DNA from: Eledone cirrhosa
Lineage: Eukaryota
Direction: 5' to 3'
Assembly (NCBI GenBank): GCA_964016885.1
Contig: OZ024761.1
Coordinates: forward strand, 2,976,001-3,040,000
DNA: 64,000 nucleotides
The position numbers were made by a program, and so were the translations under genes. The notes below the pieces were generated by a model. That model worked only from the letters and a program-made list of their open reading frames with translations, was not told the origin of the DNA and searched no databases. Position 1 is the stretch's first letter, and each line of letters begins with the position of its first letter. Positions 57,153 to 64,000 of the stretch are shown piece after piece.

Positions 57153-57744
57153 GGGTATAAGAGAGGTGGGAGGAGACGGAAGTGGATATGAGAGAGGGCT
57201 GGGAGGGAGACGGAAGTGGATATGAGAGAGAGCTGGGAGGGAGACGGACGGAAGTGGGTATAAGAGAGCTGGGAGGGAGACGGAAGTGGATATAAGAGAG
57301 AGCTGGGAGGGAGACGGAAGTGGATACGAGAGAGAGCTGGGAAGGAGACGGACGGAAGTGGGTATAAGAGAGCTGGGAGGGAGACGGACGGAAGTGGGTA
57401 TAAGAGAGCTGGGAGGGAGACGGAAGTGGATATGAGAGAGAGCTGGGAGGGAGACGGAAGCGGATATGAGAGAGAGCTGGGAGGGAGACGGACGGAAGTG
57501 GGTATAAGAGAGCTGGAGGGAGAAGGAAGTAGATATGAGAGAGAGAGAGAGAGCTAGGAGGGAGACGGAAGTGGATATAAGAGAGAGCTGGGAGGGAGAC
57601 GGACGGAAGTGGGTATAAGAGAGCTGGGAGGGAGACGGAAGTGGATATGAGAGAGAGAGAGCTAGGAGGGAGACGGAAGTGGATATAAGAGAGAGCTGGG
57701 AGGGAGACGGACGGAAGTGCGTATAAGAGAGCTGGGAGGGAGAC
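57150..57744. repeat. 32-38 bp purine-rich minisatellite, about 16 copies
   Basis: gagagagctgggagggagacggaagtggatat. Confidence 0.92.
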
Positions 57745-57774
57745 TTATATATATATATATATAAGTATGTAAAC

Positions 57775-58115
57775 GTACATACACATATGTATACAGACGT
57801 ACAGTAGTATGTATATATATATATACATACATGCACACATATATATATATGTACGTATGGATTCACCGAACATTTATTATAATGCTCGGTGTGTTTGTAA
57901 ACAAACATCCCGAATTAAGCCGTCCAGTGTCTAGCAACCATCGTTGCTCATTTGTTCAACACTGACGTATACCTTCCTGCGGGATGTTTGTTTACAAACA
58001 CACCGAGCATTATAATAAATGTTCGGTGAATTCATACGTACATATATATATGTGTGCATGTATGTATATATATATATACATACTACTGTACGTCTGTATA
58101 CATATATGTGTGTAC
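57775..58115. repeat. ~137-bp inverted repeat with 67-nt spacer
   Basis: 57775-57912 vs 57980-58115. Confidence 0.9.
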
Positions 58116-58186
58116 TTATACATACTTATATTTAAGTATCAGCCGTACTAAGAGTGAGAAATGAAATTTCGTTTCATTCTTTTCCA

Positions 58187-58249
<63 letters not shown>

Positions 58250-58250
58250 A

Positions 58251-58281
<31 letters not shown>

Positions 58282-58284
58282 AAT

Positions 58285-58567
<283 letters not shown>

Positions 58568-58818
58568 ATGCACAAACATATGCGTGCGCAGATGTATACA
58601 TATTCAGATAGCTGGATATTAAACATACATAGTCTATTCGCTAAAATAATAATGCATATCCAACTGCAGGATCGATTTCTTTAGGCTTGAATACAGAGAA
58701 TATTTTGGTAGCTGATGACATACAAAACATTTTCTAAACAAAATATATTTGCATCAAAATGTCGGCCAAGAGCAAGTGTAACAAACAGATCCAATATGTT
58801 CGGACAGGAATAACATTG

Positions 58819-59018
58819 NNNNNNNNNNNNNNNNNNNNNNNNNNNNNNNNNNNNNNNNNNNNNNNNNNNNNNNNNNNNNNNNNNNNNNNNNNNNNNNNNN
58901 NNNNNNNNNNNNNNNNNNNNNNNNNNNNNNNNNNNNNNNNNNNNNNNNNNNNNNNNNNNNNNNNNNNNNNNNNNNNNNNNNNNNNNNNNNNNNNNNNNNN
59001 NNNNNNNNNNNNNNNNNN
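58819..59018. other. Assembly gap (200 N)
   Basis: Run of N. Confidence 1.
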
Positions 59019-60560
59019 ACTACACCACACTACATTACACCACACTACACTACACTACACCACACTACACTACACTATACCACACCACACCACACTACAC
59101 TACACCACACTACACCACATCACACTACACTACACCACACTACACCACACCACACTACACTACACCACACTACACCACACTACACACCACACTACACCAC
59201 ACTACACCACACTACACTACACGACACCACACCACCACTACACCACACCACACTCACACCACACTACACCACACTACACCACACTACACTACCACCCACA
59301 CTACACCACACCACACTACACCACACTACACCACACTACACCACACTACACCACACTAGCACCACACTACACTACACCACACTACACCACACCACACTAC
59401 ACCACACTACACCACACTACACCACACTACACCACACTTACACCCACACCACACCACACCACACTACACCACACCCACACTACACCACACTACACCACAC
59501 TACACCACACCACACTACACCACACTACACCACACTACACCACACCACACTACACCACAACTACACCACACTACACTACACCACACTACACCACACCACA
59601 CTACACCACACTACACCACACTACACCACACTACACCACACTACACCACACCACACCACACCACACTACACCACACCACACTACACCACACTACACCACA
59701 CTACACCACACCACACTACACCACACTACACCACACTACACCCACACCACACTACACCACACTACACCACACTACACTACACCACACTACACCACACCAC
59801 ACTATACCACACTACACTACACCAGACCACACCAAACCAGACCACACCACACCACACCACACTACACTACACCACACCACATCACACCATACTACACTAC
59901 ACCACACCACACTATACCACACCCACACCACACTACACCACACCACACCACACTACACTACACTACACCCCACTACACCACACCACACCACACTACACCA
60001 CACCACACCACACTACACTACACTACACCCCACTACACCACACCACACTACACTACTCCAGACCACACCACACCACACCACACTATACTACACCAGACCA
60101 CACAAGACCACACCACACCACACTACACTACACCACACTACACTACACCACACTACACTACACCAGACCACACCAAACCAGACCACACTACACCAGACCA
60201 CACCACACTACACCACACCACACTACACGACACGACACCACACTACACTACCACACAACACTATACCACACCATTACTACGTCACACCACACTACACGAC
60301 ACCACACCACACTACACTACCACACTACACTATACCACACCACACTACACCACACCACACTACACGACACGACACCACACTACACTACCACACAACACTA
60401 TACCACACCATACTACGTCACACCACACTACACGACACCACACCACACTACACTACCACACTACACTATACCACACCACACTACATCACACCACACTACA
60501 CGACACGACACCACACTACACAACCCAACCACACTACACCACACCACTCTACACCACACC
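59019..60560. repeat. Pentanucleotide array (CACCA/CACTA variants)
   Basis: Direct reading. Confidence 0.95.
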
Positions 60561-61169
60561 AAACTTGGTTAAACTCTTTCTCCCCCGTCATCCTCCTCCT
60601 CCTCCCCCTCTTCCTCCTCTTCCCCCTTCTTCCCCCTTTCCCCCTCTCCTCCTCCTCTTCCTCCTCTTCCTCCTCCTCTTCCTCCTACTCATTTCAGTCA
60701 ATTTGTTTTCGTTTCAACAGTTTATGGAAACGCCTCAGATAGGGGGCCACCTTTGAATCCCCAAAGGTACAGCTTTGTTACCTATCATGTCTCTCTGGAC
60801 AGTCATTGCCAACGAGGGTATTGTACAGCTGACTAGGGTAGAAGGAACAGTTAAATTCGGTTCGGTGCACTATTTTGTTTCCATTGAAAGCATGGGTATT
60901 TCAATGTGGGCAGACCTCACAGAACATACATCCAACAGAGAATACTAAATGCATGAGGACCTACCACGAGCAATGTATGACCAGGATAAATGGGTTCGTG
61001 CCACCAGCAACAAGGCAACTTTACGACCATTAAGCTGCAATCTCTCAAACCATCTTATAGAGATAACCACAACCACACTCATGGGACACTGCTGAAAATC
61101 AAAGGATGAAATTGTCACTGATGTGCTGTTCGGGTCACCAAAACATAGGCATTCCAATGTAAGTACACT

Positions 61170-61593
61170 TCAGAGAACCTACATGAGCATTCCAGTGTGG
61201 GCAGACCTCAGAGAACTAATGGGAATTCCAATGGGAGCCAACCTCAGAGAACCTACATGGCAGACCTCAGAGAACCTAGTGGGAATTCCAATGGGAGCCA
61301 ACCTCAGAGAACCTACATGGCAGACCTCAGAGAACCTAGTGGGAATTCCAATGGGAGCCAACCTCAGAGAACCTACATGGCAGACCTCAGAGAACCTAGT
61401 GGGAATTCCAATGGGAGCCAACCTCAGAGAACCTACATGGCAGACCTCAGAGAATCTAATGGGAATTCCAATGGAAGCAGACCTCAGAGAACCTACATGG
61501 CAGACCTCAGAGAACCTACATGGCAGACCTCAGAGAACCTACATGGCAGACCTCAGAGAGCCTACATGGGAATTCCAATGGAAGCAGACCTCA
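61170..61593. repeat. 60-bp tandem repeat built from ~22-bp subunits
   Basis: gcagacctcagagaacctagtgggaattccaatgggagccaacctcagagaacctacatg. Confidence 0.92.
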
Positions 61594-62194
61594 AATAATC
61601 CACATCAAACTGGTGATATTTAATGCAATCTGAAAGGGCCTGTTACGAGCAATGGAAGGGATGGAATGGAGAGAGAGAGAGAGGAGGATCTATTTCTATC
61701 CGAGCAACAAATACACCAAGATAATGTGATACAGATAAGTTAGAGTAATTTTATTTAATGTTGATATCATATATCAATGGATTGCTCCGTCTTGATGAAA
61801 GAAATATTGTTTTTTTTTACGTTTCCTGAACATCGTTTACCAATATTTTACTAATCCTACCAAGATTAATTGTTTCAATACTTCCACACTACTACGCCTG
61901 TTTAATTGCCGATCAATTAAATCAATTATTGAATTAATGCTAAATTCCTGTAAAACTTTAAACAGATCGAAAGCCGATTGATTTCATTTCAATTCAATTA
62001 TCTGGTTGCAGAAAGAAACATTATAATGTTTCTATATAATTACCGAAAGAAAATAGTGTTTGGTTTGAAAGCTAGTACAAATATATAATAACAATGATGT
62101 TGGAATGTTAATCTGCAGTTCTTTACAGATCCTTATATTTCGGGGAAATATCCTTTCATCAAATAGTTCGGAGCTATATTATTATTTTTTTTCG

Positions 62195-62376
62195 CGGTGA
62201 ATTGGCAGTATCGGTAGAGAGTCGGACGCCATGCTTTGCAGCATAGTTACGTCCCTTTACGATCTGAGTTCAAATCCCGCCGAGGTTAACTTTGCCTTTC
62301 ATCCTTACGGGGTCGATAAAATAAAGTACCAGTAATGTACAGGGTAATTGCTGGCTTTGTGCCAAAAGTAGAAACA
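62195..62376 (+). mobile_element. tRNA-derived SINE family A, full length, with TSD
   Basis: Flanked on both sides by attatt(t)n-cgc. Confidence 0.92.
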
Positions 62377-62909
62377 ATTATTTTTTTTTTTTCGCTCTTA
62401 AGCTGCCGTTTTTCTTTCTTTCCTTTTTTTAAATTCTTCCCTCTATCTCTTGATGAGCGGATTTTATCACCGAAATATAAGGACCTATACAGAGCTACAA
62501 GGTAACTCTCCAACGTCATTATCATATTTTAAACATTTACTGTCCAATTTACGTTGTAGTAGCTTTCAAACAAAACTATTTTCTACACATTATTCAAGCA
62601 AACTACAGCGCTATCTATATAACAACAGATGTTTATCAGAATATTTTTCCCCAGGAAAAAAAAGTGTTTGTTTGTAATTTTTTAAAAAATGTAGTGAAAT
62701 TCATGGTCTTTGTTTTGATGTATAAAGTATTGAGAACAACAGACAAGAGCCCTTGATGTGCCTGTTCCGCCATCTTCCTTGCTGAATTGATGTAGCTCTA
62801 TCACAAGAATTCACACTACATTAATTAAGCGAGTTCCATTATAATTCCCAGGATCTCTCTCTCTCTCTCTTTCTCTCTTTATCTCTCACTTTCTTTCTCT
62901 TTCTCTTTC

Positions 62910-62999
<90 letters not shown>

Positions 63000-63131
63000 A
63001 GCGTTAAACTATAACTTACTTTCTTCGCGCCATTTTATTTTAATTTTTTTTTTAACAATTTTAACTGGTGCTTACTTTGCACCCTATATAGGTGTGTGTG
63101 TGTGTGTGTGTGTGTGCGTGTGTGTGTGTGT

Positions 63132-63189
<58 letters not shown>

Positions 63190-63353
63190 ATTTTGGGTTA
63201 TAGGTATATAAATCGCGAATACAAGCGGCCGGAGACCCAGAGGTAGACGCCGACCATGAATTTGGCTGGTCTTACTTGGGGATCCAGCCGGATGAGTGGG
63301 ATACGGTTGCTTCTGACAGGACCTGCCGGAGAGGGTGTTTGAGGACACACACA

Positions 63354-63387
<34 letters not shown>

Positions 63388-63622
63388 TGTGTGTGTGTGC
63401 GTGTGCGTATTGAACAGTGAAAATAAAACAAAAGTCAGAGATAAGTAGTTAATTAGTTAATTGTTTTACGGTCGTTTCAGAGGGTTGATTGATCGTGGTA
63501 GATCGATATATCAAATAGTACGGTAGTAGTTATATCGCTACCTGTTTCTAGTTTCGAAACCCCTGATCAAACTCACCGTCTTCCTCAGAAACTGTGTGTA
63601 TGTTTGTATGTATGTGTGTATG

Positions 63623-63905
63623 CATCATCATCATCATCATCATCATCGCCGTTTTTACGTCCGTTCTTCCACGCTAGGATGGGTTAGACGGGTTGTCCTG
63701 TTGTGGGCAATGTCCGATCGGCTGACCTTGTCTTGCTCATACGGGAACTGATTCTGGCTTGATTTCTACAGCTGGATGCCCTTCCTAACACCAACCTCAT
63801 TTACAGTGTGGACTGAGTGCTTTTTTGCCGTGGCGCCTACACGTCCACTTTACAGTGAGTGCTGGGTGCTTTTTTGCCGTGGCACCTCCACGACCACTTT
63901 GCAGT
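63623..63905 (-). mobile_element. SINE-like retroposon with (GAT)n tail
   Basis: (cat)n then gtttttacgtccgttcttcc...ggttagacgg...tttctacagctggatgcccttcctaacaccaacc. Class assigned from memory of similar mollusc repeats. Confidence 0.55.
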
Positions 63906-63924
63906 GGAATGATAGGGACCCCAG

Positions 63925-64000
63925 TCCTATCATCTCATTTCTACAGCTGAGTGAACTGGATCAATGTGAAATAAAGAGTCTTGCTCAAGGAAACAACACA
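63925..64000 (-). mobile_element. SINE family B body (runs off the window)
   Basis: Reverse complement tccttgagcaagactctttatttcacattgatccagttcactcagctg matches 32152-32185. Confidence 0.7.

Noticed and set aside
60900-61170. Start of an RTE endonuclease (IG..NVSTL)
   Set aside because: Too short and degenerate to call.

Overview
Repeat-dominated animal genomic DNA, probably a cephalopod such as Octopus (inferred from microsatellite load and SINE types; not verified). No host protein-coding gene can be established. Most long ORFs in the track are translations of micro- and minisatellites. Supported content: (i) two decayed full-length Tx1-clade LINEs placed head-to-head (about 16.8-22.0 kb minus, 23.7-29.3 kb plus); (ii) a Naiad-like Penelope-like element (PLE) RT remnant split by a Helitron and two SINEs; (iii) a second PLE remnant (GIY-YIG end) next to a hAT/Charlie-like relic; (iv) two non-autonomous Helitrons; (v) eight copies or fragments of one tRNA-derived SINE; (vi) RTE-like fragments; (vii) many tandem arrays and one 200-N gap. 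Main observations: about ten minimal type I hammerhead ribozyme motifs from several families, often in inverted pairs next to (TA)n; a possible Tx1/SINE partnership with a shared 3' tail and ATTATT-initiated target duplications; an AG|GTAAGTG splice-donor consensus overlapping the ORF1 stop codon in both divergent Tx1 copies; a 166-copy array of a YY1-type motif; and a 48-bp in-frame array of splice-donor motifs after a candidate exon.
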